Origin: Candidatus Omnitrophota bacterium
Lineage (GTDB): Bacteria; Omnitrophota; Gorgyraeia; Zapsychrales; Fredricksoniimonadaceae
NCBI GenBank assembly: GCA_903901225.1
Contig: CAIUQE010000006.1
Span: forward strand, 15,369-79,368
DNA: 64,000 bases
Reading direction: 5' to 3'
The notes under the pieces were generated by a model, which did not search any database, had not been told where the DNA came from, and was given only the letters and a program-made list of their open reading frames with translations. Every line of letters starts with the position of its first letter. The first letter of the stretch is position 1. A program made the translations under genes and the position numbers. Positions 30,558-40,773 of the stretch are shown here, piece after piece.

Positions 30558-30647
30558 CCGGATTTTTGCCACGCGACCTGAATTCACCTTCTCAAAACGA
30601 TTTAGAGCAGGTGAATTCACGGGGCGGATTTTTCTAATGAAAAATCA
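30558..30647. repeat. Right terminal inverted repeat of the cassette
   Basis: See the left TIR. It ends 17 nt before the dnaE stop codon. Confidence 0.75.
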
Positions 30648-30663
30648 GGGTCAATATCTTTTC

Positions 30664-33600
30664 CTATAAAACCACCCGGAACCCGTTCTCGCCGACCACG
30701 GACTTGATCTCATCCATCAAAACCTCGCTCGGGGTCACGTAAAGCTCACGCCCGACCTTGATCTCGACGCTTTTGTGGTTGCGGGTATCGATCTGCAGGT
30801 GGACCGGGACATTGCCGGGGAACCGTTCGAACTTTTTCTTGATCAGAGGCAGTTTGTCAGGGCCGATCTTGGTCATGTCGACACGGATCAGCTTGACCAG
30901 CTGGTAGATCTCGTTGATGTCCCGCAGTTCATCCACCGCGATATTCCGGGGGCCCGAGGGCTTGCCGTCCTTGCCCTTGCGCGAAAGAACCTTGCCCTTC
31001 ACGACAACGACAGCCCCTTCCTTGATATGGGTGCCGACCACCTTGAAGACCTCGGGGAACGCCACGGCTTCCGTCGTCCCTTCAAGGTCTTCGAGGGTCA
31101 ATATGGCCATGCGCTCCCCGCGGCTCTTGGTGACCGTGTATTTGACCTGGATGATCATCGCAATGAGGCTCACCGACTGGTTTTCCATCACGCCGGGAAT
31201 TTTGGATGTTGTGGCATTGGTGAACGTCTGAATCTCGACCGTATACATGTCCAAAGGATGCCCGCTCAAATAAAAACCGAGAAGTTCCTTCTCGAAGGAC
31301 AAAAGCTGCTGTTGGGGCCATTCTTTCATATCCGGGAATACGTCCGGCTTGGCCACAAATCCTCCTGAATCCTCACCCATCGAGAAGAATGACAACTGCC
31401 CGGCCTGCGCGTCCTTCTGCCGACTGGTCCCGCCATTGAGCGCCTGGTCAAGCACAGCGGCCATTTGAGACCGCTTCGCGCCAAAACTGTCGAACGCGCC
31501 GCACCTGATGAGCGACTCCATCACCTTGCGGTTGCAGGCCCGCAGGTCAACGCGCTGGCACACATCAAAGATAGATTTGAATTTCCCGCCTCTCTCGCGT
31601 TCTTTGACCAAAGACTCGATCGCGCCCGCCCCCACGTTCTTCACGCTCAACAGGCCATAACGGATAGTATCCTTGCTCACAACGGAAAAAACAGCGCGGC
31701 TTTCATTCACATCGGGTGGCAGGACTTTCAGGCACATGGCCTCGGCAGCCTTGACATAATCCACGATTTTGTCGAGGTTGTCTTTTTCATTGGTCAGCAA
31801 AGCGCACATAAACTCCACGGGATAATTCGCCTTCAAATAAGCGGTCCGGTACGTGATAACGGCATATGCCGCGGAATGCGAACGGTTGAACCCGTAACCC
31901 GCGAACTTGTCGATAAGGTCAAAGAGCCGGTTCGCCTCGTCCTCAGGGATAGCGTTCACGCGGGCGCAGCCTGTGACGAAAGACGCGCGCGCCTTGGCCA
32001 TAACATCCGCCTTCTTCTTGGACATCGCGCGCCGCAGATTATCCGCCTCGGCCATCGAGAATCCCGCCAGTTCGCACGCCATCTGCATGACCTGTTCCTG
32101 GTAGATAGCGACGCCATAACTGTTCTTGAGGACCTTTTCCAGCTTGGGATGAAGGTACTGGACCGGCGCCTCACCGCGTTTGCGCTTCACAAAATCGTCG
32201 GCCATGCCGCTGCCCAAAGGGCCCGGCCGGAAAAGCGCGAGCAAGGCAATAATGTCCTCGAATTCCGTCGGCTTGCTCCTGGTAAGGAGGTTCTTCATCC
32301 CGTCGCTTTCCACCTGAAAAACCCCGGCGCTGTCACCCCGGCTCAACAGCTCGTAGGTCTTCGTGTCGTCCAGGGGGATCTTGCGGATATCCAGGTCGAT
32401 CCCGCGGGTCCGTTTGATAATGTGCAAGGCATCCTCAATGAGCGTGAGCGTCTTAAGTCCCAAGAAATCCATTTTCAAAAGGCCGATCTTCTCGACACCC
32501 TTCATGGTATAGGCGGTCGTGATCTGCTCCTCGACCTTGTACAGCGGCACATATTCCTGCAGGGGCTTGTCGGAAATGACAACCCCCGCGGCGTGAACGG
32601 AGGCGTGGCGCGTGAGGCCTTCAAGGACTTTGGCGATATCCATCAGCCGCCGCGCGGTATCATCCATCGCGATGATCTCTTTGAGCTGCGGCTCCGCGTC
32701 AATGGCCAGGTCAATGGCCACATGCATCGCCTCACCGTTATCGTCAAGGATACGGTCGGGGATAAGCTTCGCGATACGGTCAACATCCGGGTATGGAAGG
32801 CCAAGCGCCCGGCCGACATCGCGCACAACGGCCTTGGCCTGCAATGTTCCGAAGGTGATGATCTGGGCCACATTCGCGCGGCCGTATTTCTTGGTCACAT
32901 AATCAACGACTTCTCCCCGGCGTTCGAAACAAAAATCAATATCGATATCCGGCATGCTCACACGCTCGGGATTGAGGAAACGTTCGAAAAAGAGGGAGTA
33001 CTTGATCGGATCAAGGTCCGTGATCCCCAGAAGATAGCTCACCAGGCTCCCGGCGGCCGACCCGCGGCCCGGCCCGACGGGAATATTGCAGCTCTGGGCA
33101 TAATGCACAAAATCCCAGACGATCAGGAAATAGCCCAGGAACCCCATTTTCGCGATCTCCTGGAGCTCGAACTCCAGCTGTTTAAGGACATTCTCGGGTA
33201 TATCTTTGCCATAACGCTCAACGGCACCCTCGAGGCACAGGCGCTTCAAATACCCTTCTTTTGTGTCTCCCGACGGGACGGCGTATTCGGGGACATGATA
33301 CGCCCCGAATTGAAGTTTCACGTTACACTTTTCAGCGATCTCGAGCGTATTGGCCACGGCCTGGGGCGCCCAGCTGAACAAGGACGCCATTTCCTCCCCG
33401 CTCTTGAAATAGAACTGGTCGGAATTCATCCGCATGCGCTTGGGGTCGGAAAGGGCTGTCTGCGTCTGGATGCACAACAACGCCTCATGCGCCTCATAAT
33501 GGGCGTACTCAAGATAATGGACATCATTGGTGGCAACCAAAGGAATATTCATCTCGCGGGAAAGTTTCAGGAGGCCTTCATTGACCACGCGCTGTTCCGG

Positions 33601-34140
33601 CAGGCCGTGTTCCATGACTTCCAGGTAATAATCGCCGGGCGCGAAGATCTGCCGGTATTCATCGGCGACGCGGCACGCGTCCTCATACTTCCCGGCGGAT
33701 AAACGCGCCGGGACTTCCCCTTTCAGGCAGGCCGAAAGGCCGATGAGACCCCTGGCATGCCGTGCCAGAAGTTCCTTGTCGATGCGCGGCTTGTAATAAA
33801 ACCCCTCAAGATACCCCGCGGAAACAAGTTTCATCAGATTGGCATAGCCATCAAGGTCTTTGGCAAGAAGGATGAGATGCGCTGTACTGCGCTGATCGCC
33901 GGAGCGTCCCTGCCGCGCGCCCGGCGCAACATAAACTTCGCACCCGATGATGGGCTTAACGCCGGCATTATGGGCGTCCTCGTAAAACTCCAGGGCGCCG
34001 AACATGTTGCCATGGTCCGTCATCGCGACCGCGGGCATGCCATAGGCTTTGGCTTTTTTGACAAGTTCCTTGAGGCGGCAAGCGCCGTCAAGAAGGCTGT
34101 ACTGGGTATGGACGTGAAGATGGGCGAAAGGTGTGGACAT
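30664..34140 (-). CDS. dnaE: DNA polymerase III alpha subunit
   Basis: 1158 aa. N-terminal PHP domain (FAHLHVHTQYSLLDGA), polymerase core, and OB-fold C-terminus. Confidence 0.95.
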   Translation of the reverse strand: MSTPFAHLHVHTQYSLLDGACRLKELVKKAKAYGMPAVAMTDHGNMFGALEFYEDAHNAGVKPIIGCEVYVAPGARQGRSGDQRSTAHLILLAKDLDGYANLMKLVSAGYLEGFYYKPRIDKELLARHARGLIGLSACLKGEVPARLSAGKYEDACRVADEYRQIFAPGDYYLEVMEHGLPEQRVVNEGLLKLSREMNIPLVATNDVHYLEYAHYEAHEALLCIQTQTALSDPKRMRMNSDQFYFKSGEEMASLFSWAPQAVANTLEIAEKCNVKLQFGAYHVPEYAVPSGDTKEGYLKRLCLEGAVERYGKDIPENVLKQLEFELQEIAKMGFLGYFLIVWDFVHYAQSCNIPVGPGRGSAAGSLVSYLLGITDLDPIKYSLFFERFLNPERVSMPDIDIDFCFERRGEVVDYVTKKYGRANVAQIITFGTLQAKAVVRDVGRALGLPYPDVDRIAKLIPDRILDDNGEAMHVAIDLAIDAEPQLKEIIAMDDTARRLMDIAKVLEGLTRHASVHAAGVVISDKPLQEYVPLYKVEEQITTAYTMKGVEKIGLLKMDFLGLKTLTLIEDALHIIKRTRGIDLDIRKIPLDDTKTYELLSRGDSAGVFQVESDGMKNLLTRSKPTEFEDIIALLALFRPGPLGSGMADDFVKRKRGEAPVQYLHPKLEKVLKNSYGVAIYQEQVMQMACELAGFSMAEADNLRRAMSKKKADVMAKARASFVTGCARVNAIPEDEANRLFDLIDKFAGYGFNRSHSAAYAVITYRTAYLKANYPVEFMCALLTNEKDNLDKIVDYVKAAEAMCLKVLPPDVNESRAVFSVVSKDTIRYGLLSVKNVGAGAIESLVKERERGGKFKSIFDVCQRVDLRACNRKVMESLIRCGAFDSFGAKRSQMAAVLDQALNGGTSRQKDAQAGQLSFFSMGEDSGGFVAKPDVFPDMKEWPQQQLLSFEKELLGFYLSGHPLDMYTVEIQTFTNATTSKIPGVMENQSVSLIAMIIQVKYTVTKSRGERMAILTLEDLEGTTEAVAFPEVFKVVGTHIKEGAVVVVKGKVLSRKGKDGKPSGPRNIAVDELRDINEIYQLVKLIRVDMTKIGPDKLPLIKKKFERFPGNVPVHLQIDTRNHKSVEIKVGRELYVTPSEVLMDEIKSVVGENGFRVVL

Positions 34141-34198
34141 CGACTACCCGGATAAAAACACGAAGGCTGGTTTCAGCCAGCCTTCGTGCTTGAAAAGA

Positions 34199-35974
34199 TC
34201 ATTCCCATTCGATCGTGGCCGGCGGCTTTGAACTGATGTCATAAACCACACGATTGACGCCGCGAACCTCATTGATGATACGGTTGGATATCTTGCCCAT
34301 CAGGTCATACGGCAAATGCACCCAGTCCGCGGTCATCCCGTCGAGGCTGTTGACGCAGCGCAGGGCGATAACATTCTCGTACGTGCGCTGGTCCCCCATC
34401 ACGCCAACGGTCTTGATGGGCAAAAGCACCGCGAACGACTGCCATACTTCACTGTAAAGCCCGGCGCGTTTCATTTCCTCGAGCACCCGTTCATCCGCTT
34501 CACGGAGGATGGTGAGCCGCTCTTCGGTCACATCGCCGAGAATACGGATGGCCAAGCCCGGGCCCGGGAACGGCTGGCGCTTGAGGATAGATTCCGGCAC
34601 CGCCAGGTGCTTGCCGATAACACGCACCTCATCCTTGAACAGCTCGCGGAAAGGCTCCAGCAATTTCAAATGAAGTTCCTTGGGAAGCCCGCCGACATTG
34701 TGGTGGCTCTTGATCACCGCGGAAGGCCCACCCGTCGGAGAAATAGATTCAATGACATCAGGATACAGCGTGCCCTGGCCGAGGAATTCAGCCCCCTTGA
34801 TCTTCTTGGCCGCTTCCTGGAACACTTCAACGAAGACACGTCCGATGATCTTGCGCTTCTGTTCGGGATCCGTGATGCCTTTCAATTCATCCAGAAAACG
34901 CTTCTGGGCGTCGATGACATTGAGGTTGATCTTGTAATATCCCTTGAACGTCTTCTGGACTGACGCCACCTCGTTCTTGCGCAGGAGGCCGTTGTCGACA
35001 AAAATGCACTGCAGGTTATTGCCGATAGCCTTGTGGATGAGGACCGCCGCGACCGACGAATCCACACCGCCCGAAAGCCCCAGGATAACTTTTTTCTTGC
35101 CAACCTCTTCCTGCAACTTGCGGATCGACGCGTCAATGAAACGGTCCATGGTCCAGCGCGGCAGGCAGCCGCAGATCTGGATCACGAAATTCTGGAGGAC
35201 CTGGGTACCCCGCTGCGTGTGCACCACTTCCGGATGGAACTGGACACCGAACACCTTCTTCGAACGGTTCCCCATGGCCGCGCAATTATTGTTCAGCGTG
35301 TGCGCGAACCTGTCGAATCCTGGAGGAAGCTTGATGATCTCGTCGCCGTGGCTCATCCACGATGTCAGGTTGGTCGGCAGGTTCAGGAAAAGGTCGCGGT
35401 TCGAGTCAATGAAGAGCTCGGCCCGGCCGTATTCCCTGTCCTTGCACTTGTTGACCTTGCCGCCCAGCATCTGGGTAATGACCTGCATGCCGTAACAGAC
35501 GCCGAGGATCGGAATGCCCAACGTAAAGATACCCTTGTCAGGATGCGGCGCCCCCGGGTCATAAACGCTCATGGGCCCGCCGGAAAGGATGATCCCCTTA
35601 GGCGCGATCTCCTTGATCTCCTGCGCGCTGATATTGAACGGGACGATACGGCTGTAAACCTTGCTTTCGCGGATACGCCGCGCGATGAGCTGGGTGTACT
35701 GGGAACCAAAATCCAATACCAGAATGACATCCTTGGTCTTGAGCTGTTTGACCTTGATGTGCACTGTCTTGGAGGAACCTGCCAGCAAAGTGACCTGTTT
35801 GCGCTCCATGAAATGCCCGTGCCTGAACCCGTTCTTTTGGAACGCGGGTTTCCCGAAATTCCGGACGATCTTCTTCAGAGGCTTCGGCGCTTCGACCTTG
35901 GCCGGGGCATTGACGGGTTGCTTCACCACTGCCTTGACCGGTTTCTTGACGGAGATTACAGAAGATTTTGGCAT
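34199..35974 (-). CDS. guaA: GMP synthase (glutamine-hydrolysing), with a possible Lys/Pro-rich N-terminal extension
   Basis: GATase-1 domain ([27 protein letters not shown]) plus a PP-loop ([12 protein letters not shown]) and a C-terminal dimerisation domain. The long ORF starts at 35974 with 55 Lys/Pro/Val-rich codons. An alternative start MERKQV is at 35809. Confidence 0.9.
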   Translation of the reverse strand: MPKSSVISVKKPVKAVVKQPVNAPAKVEAPKPLKKIVRNFGKPAFQKNGFRHGHFMERKQVTLLAGSSKTVHIKVKQLKTKDVILVLDFGSQYTQLIARRIRESKVYSRIVPFNISAQEIKEIAPKGIILSGGPMSVYDPGAPHPDKGIFTLGIPILGVCYGMQVITQMLGGKVNKCKDREYGRAELFIDSNRDLFLNLPTNLTSWMSHGDEIIKLPPGFDRFAHTLNNNCAAMGNRSKKVFGVQFHPEVVHTQRGTQVLQNFVIQICGCLPRWTMDRFIDASIRKLQEEVGKKKVILGLSGGVDSSVAAVLIHKAIGNNLQCIFVDNGLLRKNEVASVQKTFKGYYKINLNVIDAQKRFLDELKGITDPEQKRKIIGRVFVEVFQEAAKKIKGAEFLGQGTLYPDVIESISPTGGPSAVIKSHHNVGGLPKELHLKLLEPFRELFKDEVRVIGKHLAVPESILKRQPFPGPGLAIRILGDVTEERLTILREADERVLEEMKRAGLYSEVWQSFAVLLPIKTVGVMGDQRTYENVIALRCVNSLDGMTADWVHLPYDLMGKISNRIINEVRGVNRVVYDISSKPPATIEWE

Positions 35975-36001
35975 TTAGATTCCACTTTCCACCATTAAAG
36001 G

Positions 36002-37162
36002 TTACTTACCCATCCCGATTTTCTGGCTCATCTGGAAAACCTTGCCTTCGCTCTGGAACGAATGCGCGATGATGATCTCGACATCATGCATTTCCTTGAT
36101 ATTGGAAGCGCCCAAAGACCCCATGGACGTCTTGAGAGCGCCGACAAGATTCTGTGAACCGTCATCCACCTTCGCCGGGCCCAGGAGGATCTCCTTGAGC
36201 GTGCCGGCCTGCCCCACCTTGACGCGTGTGCCGCGCGGAAGGTTGGCGTTAGACGTGGCCATGCCCCAGTGATACCCGCGGCCGGGCGCTTCAAACGCTT
36301 TCGCGAACGCGGAACCGACCATGCACGCGTCACCACCCGCGGCGATCGCCTTGCAAATCTCGCCGCCGATGCGCATGCCGCCGTCAGTGATGATCGGGAC
36401 ATATTTGCCCTTGCGCTTGAAATGATAATCACGTGCCGCCGCGCAATCAACGGTCGCCGTGATCTGCGGCACGCCGATGCCCAGGACACCTCGGCTGGTG
36501 CACGCGGCACCCGGCCCGATGCCGACCAGGATCGCGGCCACGCCGGCTTCCATCAATTCCAGCGACACATCGTAACTGACGGTGTTGCCGAGGATCACGG
36601 GGATCTTGGCCTCACGGCAGAATTTCTCAATGTCAAAAGCTTTATACTCGGTAGCCACATGGCGGACCGTCGCGACTGTTGACTGGATAACAAACATGTC
36701 ACAGCCGGCATCAATGGCAATATCTCCGAACTTCTTGGCATTCAGAGGGATACAACTCACGATGGCAGGAACTTTATGCTTCTTGATCTCTTCGACACGT
36801 TTGGCTATAAGCGCTTCTTTGACAGGCTTGGTATACAAGCTCTGGATGAGTTTAGTAGCTTCGTCGGGCGTGGCTGAAGCGATCTGATCAAGGATCTCAT
36901 CGGGATTCTCATAACGGGTCTGGATCCCGTCAAGATTAAGGACCGCGATGCCGCCCAACTTCCCCATCTCGACGGCAAACTTGACATTGACCACACCGTC
37001 CATGGACGCGGCCAGGATCGGTATATCAAACTTCATTTTCCCGATGGACCAGCTGGTATCCACTTCATTAGGATTTACGGTTTTATCTCCGGGAACAAGG
37101 GCAACTTCATCAAAACCATAGCAACGGCGGGCTCTACGATTGATACCTATCCAGTCAGCCAT
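36002..37162 (-). CDS. guaB: IMP dehydrogenase family protein lacking the CBS subdomain (IMPDH/GMP reductase fold)
   Basis: 386 aa TIM barrel with catalytic-Cys loop GIGPGAACTSRGVLGIGVPQ and DGG...GGDACMVGS. Lies directly upstream of guaA. No CBS pair is present. Confidence 0.65.
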   Translation of the reverse strand: MADWIGINRRARRCYGFDEVALVPGDKTVNPNEVDTSWSIGKMKFDIPILAASMDGVVNVKFAVEMGKLGGIAVLNLDGIQTRYENPDEILDQIASATPDEATKLIQSLYTKPVKEALIAKRVEEIKKHKVPAIVSCIPLNAKKFGDIAIDAGCDMFVIQSTVATVRHVATEYKAFDIEKFCREAKIPVILGNTVSYDVSLELMEAGVAAILVGIGPGAACTSRGVLGIGVPQITATVDCAAARDYHFKRKGKYVPIITDGGMRIGGEICKAIAAGGDACMVGSAFAKAFEAPGRGYHWGMATSNANLPRGTRVKVGQAGTLKEILLGPAKVDDGSQNLVGALKTSMGSLGASNIKEMHDVEIIIAHSFQSEGKVFQMSQKIGMGK

Positions 37163-37277
37163 GAAACCTAACCTCCGTAATTTGAATTACTTATGAATAA
37201 AATGACAAAATTTACAGTTTTCTACCGAGTTTGACCATATATTTTATAATAATATACCAAAAAGTCAAATAGAAAAA

Positions 37278-37312
37278 AGCCCCGGGGGTTACCCGGGGCT
37301 TTTTGTATTCAG
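37278..37312. terminator. Bidirectional rho-independent terminator downstream of groEL
   Basis: AAAAAAGCCCCGGGGGTTACCCGGGGCTTTTTG is a GC-rich hairpin flanked by an A-run and a T-run. Confidence 0.6.
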
Positions 37313-37408
37313 AACAGCAACGATCTGAACTTGACTTCGGACATCCCGGCCTCGTTAACGAGGCCAGGTGATGTTCGAAGTAAAAGTTTTTGCCGGTGGC
37401 AAAAACTT

Positions 37409-39058
37409 TTACATCATCCCGCCCATGCCACCGCCCATGCCGCCACCCATCGGAGGCATTGCCGGACCCTTGTCCTTTTCAGGAGCGTCCGTAACAAGGC
37501 ATTCCGTGGTCAGCAACAGGCCCGCGATGGATGCCGCGTTCTGCAGGGCCATGCGCGTGACTTTGGCAGGGTCAATAACACCGGATTCGAGCATATCAAC
37601 GTACTCATCCTTGTTGATGTCATACCCGATGTTCTTCTTTTCCTTCTTCAGGCGATCAACAATGACCGAACCTTCCAGCCCGGCATTGAAACACAGCTGC
37701 CTGACAGGCGCTTCGAGCGAACGCAGGATGATCTCCGCGCCCGTTTTCTCGTCGTCCTTCAGGTTGAGGGCCAACACATCCTCCAGGCAACGGAGCAACG
37801 CCACACCACCACCAGGGACAATGCCCTCTTCAATGGCCGCGCGGGTCGCGTGGAGCGCGTCCTCGACACGGGCCTTCTTTTCTTTCATTTCCGTTTCCGT
37901 CGCGGCGCCGACATTGATGATCGCAACGCCACCGGAAAGCTTCGCCAGACGCTCCTGGAGCTTTTCCTTGTCATAGGAAGAGTCCGTCTTGTCGATCTGG
38001 TTCTTGATCTGGGCGATACGGCCCTTGATGTCAACCGTCTTGCCCGCACCCTCAACGATCGTGGTGTTGTCTTTATCGATCTTGACCTTCTTGGCACGGC
38101 CAAGGTCGGACAGCTGGATATTCTCCAGTTTAAGACCAAGGTCCTCGGAGATCGCGCGGCCACCGGTGAGGACCGCGATATCCTCGAGCATGGCCTTGCG
38201 GCGATCACCATACCCAGGCGCCTTGACAGCCGCGCAGGACAATGTTTTGCGCAAGTTATTCACAACGAGCGTCGCAAGTGCTTCGCCCTCAACATCTTCC
38301 GCAATGATCAGAAGGGGTGCGCCTGACTTGGCGACTTTCTCCAGGACCGGGAGGACTTCCTTGATATTGCCGACCTTCTTCTCATAAATGAGGATGAACG
38401 GATTATCAAGTTCGCATTCCATCTTCTCCATATCTGTCGAGAAATACGGTGACAGATAGCCCTGGTCGAACTGCATGCCCTCAACGAGCTTGAGCTCGGT
38501 GTTGATGGTCTTGGACTCTTCAACCGTGATAACGCCGTCCTTGCCGACCTTCTCGAACGCTTCGGCGATCTTCTTGCCGATAACAATGTCCGAGTTGGCC
38601 GCAATGGTCGCGACCTGCTCAACTTCGATCAGGTTCTTCATGTCGACCTTCTTCGAGAGCTTCGAGACTTTTTCAATGACCGCGACAACAGCCTTGTCGA
38701 TCCCGCGCTTGAGGGCCATCGGGTTCGCGCCGGCGGTCACGTTCTTCAAACCTTCACGATAAATGGCTTCCGCGAGAACGGTCGCCGTGGTCGTGCCGTC
38801 ACCGGCATTGTCGGAGGTCTTTTCAGCGACTTCCTTGACCATCGCGGCACCCATGTTCTCGAAAGGATCTTCGAGCTCGATCTCCTTGGCCACGGAAACG
38901 CCGTCCTTGGTGACCGTCGGTGAACCGAACTTCTTGTCCAGAATGACATTGCGGCCCTTGGGACCCAATGTGATCTTCACGGCCCTGGAGATCTGCTCAA
39001 CGCCGCGCAGGATAGAACGACGCCCTTCGTCGTCAAACTGTAATATCTTCGCACCCAT
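37409..39058 (-). CDS. groL: Chaperonin GroEL
   Basis: 549 aa with highly conserved GroEL sequence and a C-terminal GGM repeat tail ([13 protein letters not shown]). Confidence 0.97.
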   Translation of the reverse strand: MGAKILQFDDEGRRSILRGVEQISRAVKITLGPKGRNVILDKKFGSPTVTKDGVSVAKEIELEDPFENMGAAMVKEVAEKTSDNAGDGTTTATVLAEAIYREGLKNVTAGANPMALKRGIDKAVVAVIEKVSKLSKKVDMKNLIEVEQVATIAANSDIVIGKKIAEAFEKVGKDGVITVEESKTINTELKLVEGMQFDQGYLSPYFSTDMEKMECELDNPFILIYEKKVGNIKEVLPVLEKVAKSGAPLLIIAEDVEGEALATLVVNNLRKTLSCAAVKAPGYGDRRKAMLEDIAVLTGGRAISEDLGLKLENIQLSDLGRAKKVKIDKDNTTIVEGAGKTVDIKGRIAQIKNQIDKTDSSYDKEKLQERLAKLSGGVAIINVGAATETEMKEKKARVEDALHATRAAIEEGIVPGGGVALLRCLEDVLALNLKDDEKTGAEIILRSLEAPVRQLCFNAGLEGSVIVDRLKKEKKNIGYDINKDEYVDMLESGVIDPAKVTRMALQNAASIAGLLLTTECLVTDAPEKDKGPAMPPMGGGMGGGMGGMM

Positions 39059-39097
39059 GTTCCTACCTCCTGATTTTATTTATGTAGTAACCTGAAA

Positions 39098-39388
39098 TTA
39101 CTTTACGATCGCGAGGATCTCGTCTTCACGGACGATGAAAACCGAATTGCCTTCCTTGGTCTTGTACTCGGTGCCGCTGTACTTCCCATAAAGGACAGTA
39201 TCGCCCACCTTGACCTCAAGAGCCTGAACCTGCCCGTTATCCAGGGCCTTGCCCTTACCTACCGCCAGCACCTTGCCCTCCTGGGGCTTTTCCTTGGCCG
39301 TCTCCGGGATATAGATCCCGCCAGCCGACTTTTCGAGAGCCTCCAAAGGCTCAATAATGACGCGGTCCGCTAATGGTTGCAACTTCAT
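39098..39388 (-). CDS. groS: Co-chaperonin GroES
   Basis: 96 aa. [14 protein letters not shown]...[22 protein letters not shown]. Confidence 0.95.
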   Translation of the reverse strand: MKLQPLADRVIIEPLEALEKSAGGIYIPETAKEKPQEGKVLAVGKGKALDNGQVQALEVKVGDTVLYGKYSGTEYKTKEGNSVFIVREDEILAIVK

Positions 39389-39439
39389 CTTTACTCCTCC
39401 TTTTTGATTTTTACGACACGTGTTATTTCATTGTTGCGG

Positions 39440-39466
39440 TTAGCAACTAATTTTCGTGAGTGCCAA
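39440..39466. promoter_or_regulatory. CIRCE-like HrcA operator 1 upstream of groES
   Basis: TTAGCAACT-N9-GAGTGCCAA, compared with the CIRCE consensus TTAGCACTC-N9-GAGTGCTAA. Confidence 0.55.
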
Positions 39467-39518
39467 TTTAATCAAATACAGCATGTTTTGTCAAGAAAAA
39501 TTTTTATTACAGCCGTAT

Positions 39519-39545
39519 TTGGCACTATAGCCATATGAGTGCTAC
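39519..39545. promoter_or_regulatory. CIRCE-like HrcA operator 2 upstream of groES
   Basis: TTGGCACTA-N9-GAGTGCTAC, a second imperfect CIRCE inverted repeat 79 bp upstream of the first. Confidence 0.55.
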
Positions 39546-39596
39546 ATGTCAACAACAAAAAAACAGCAAAAATGCTGTTTTTAGAAACTGATCGTT

Positions 39597-40349
39597 TTAC
39601 AAGTCCGCAAGCAACGCGATTCCTTTGAATATCAGCTCCTGATCAACCACGACCCCCTGGTGTTTCATGAACTTCCGCATGATCTCGGCATGCCCGCCTG
39701 TCATGACCACCTTAAGCCTGTGGCCCATCTCCTCGCCCAGGCGATCGACCATGCCATCGCACAAGGCCCCGTAGCCATGGAATATCCCGCTCTGGATGCT
39801 CTCCTGGGTGGACCGCCCGATCACCTTATCAGGTTCTTCGATACGGACCATGGGCAAAAGAGCTGTCTTCTCAAATAAGGCCTCCGTAGACAACCGGATG
39901 CCGGGGATGATCGCCCCGCCCAGATAATCCCCTTTTAATGAAATGCCATCAAAGGTAATGGCCGTGCCAAGGTCAATGACAACCGATGGCGCACCGTAAA
40001 GCTCCCGGGCCGCGAACGCGCAGACAAGGCGGTCTTTCCCGACCTGGCGCGGACTGCGGTATTTGTTGCGGATAGGAACCTTGATATGGGGGCCAACGAT
40101 CTGGATGGGCGCGTCAAAATGCTTCTGAAGGAGTTTCTTCAAACGCCGGGTCGCGTCAGGTACCACACTGCAGATGATGATCCGCGTGACCGTGTGCTGG
40201 GCCGCCGCATGACCCAGGAAATTCTCAAGCTTCACCCGGACCAATTCGCTCTTTGGCTGGTTCTCGACCTTGAACACACGCGTGACCTGGCTGTTCTCAA
40301 TAAAGCCGAACCCGATGGTTGAATTGCCGATGTCGATGGCGAGGATCAT
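39597..40349 (-). CDS. coaX: Type III pantothenate kinase
   Basis: MILAIDIGNST start (the track ORF has 18 extra codons). ASKHA fold motifs: GTA..FD, and MTGG near the C-terminus. Confidence 0.85.
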   Translation of the reverse strand: MILAIDIGNSTIGFGFIENSQVTRVFKVENQPKSELVRVKLENFLGHAAAQHTVTRIIICSVVPDATRRLKKLLQKHFDAPIQIVGPHIKVPIRNKYRSPRQVGKDRLVCAFAARELYGAPSVVIDLGTAITFDGISLKGDYLGGAIIPGIRLSTEALFEKTALLPMVRIEEPDKVIGRSTQESIQSGIFHGYGALCDGMVDRLGEEMGHRLKVVMTGGHAEIMRKFMKHQGVVVDQELIFKGIALLADL

Positions 40350-40383
40350 AAGAAAACCTGTTCCATGTGGTCCGGGGCAAGCG

Positions 40384-40773
40384 TTACTCGTCAAACTTGA
40401 CACCCGGAATGCGGGAGAAATCTTTGATGTTTGATGTCATCAAGGGATAACGCCAATGAAGGGACGTTGCCGCGATAAGGATGTCTTCCGTATGGATCAA
40501 GGATCCTTTTTTCTTGAGATCCGTATAAATATCCGCGGCACGCTGGGATATCGGCAAAGTTACATCGAGCACCGTGCACAAAGCAATAAGCTCCCGGCGT
40601 TGGGCAAGATGTTTGTCGGCCGTAACGCCCCGCAACAATTCAAAAACTGTAATGACCGATACCGCGCCCCGGGCCTCCAGGAGCAACCGCTCCACCCGCG
40701 CCGTTACCGGTTTGTTGTGTCCGGACAGAAAATCGAAGAGGACGCACGTGTCAAGGACTGTCACGTTCTCCAT
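40384..40773 (-). CDS. vapC: PIN-domain toxin VapC
   Basis: 129 aa. N-terminal VLDTCVL with the acidic PIN residues. Overlaps the upstream antitoxin gene. Confidence 0.75.
   Translation of the reverse strand: MENVTVLDTCVLFDFLSGHNKPVTARVERLLLEARGAVSVITVFELLRGVTADKHLAQRRELIALCTVLDVTLPISQRAADIYTDLKKKGSLIHTEDILIAATSLHWRYPLMTSNIKDFSRIPGVKFDE

Larger units (their letters stand above)
28939..30647. mobile_element. TIR-bounded ~1.7 kb cassette (MITE/IS-like) carrying a single AAA+ ATPase gene
   Basis: The left end 28939-29028 and right end 30558-30647 are ~90 bp near-perfect reverse complements of each other (ccggatttttcattagaaaaatccgccccgtgaattcacctgctccaaatcgttttgagaaggtgaattcaggtcgcgtggcaaatccg). 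Each contains an outer perfect hairpin CGGATTTTTC-ATTA-GAAAAATCCG and two inverted GTGAATTCAC sites. No transposase is present inside. Confidence 0.6.

Noticed and set aside
31465-33702. 745-aa plus-strand ORF
   Set aside because: It is antisense to dnaE. The composition (R/H/D/G-rich, no recognisable motifs) indicates a spurious open frame.
35033-35998. 321-aa plus-strand ORF
   Set aside because: It is antisense to guaA.
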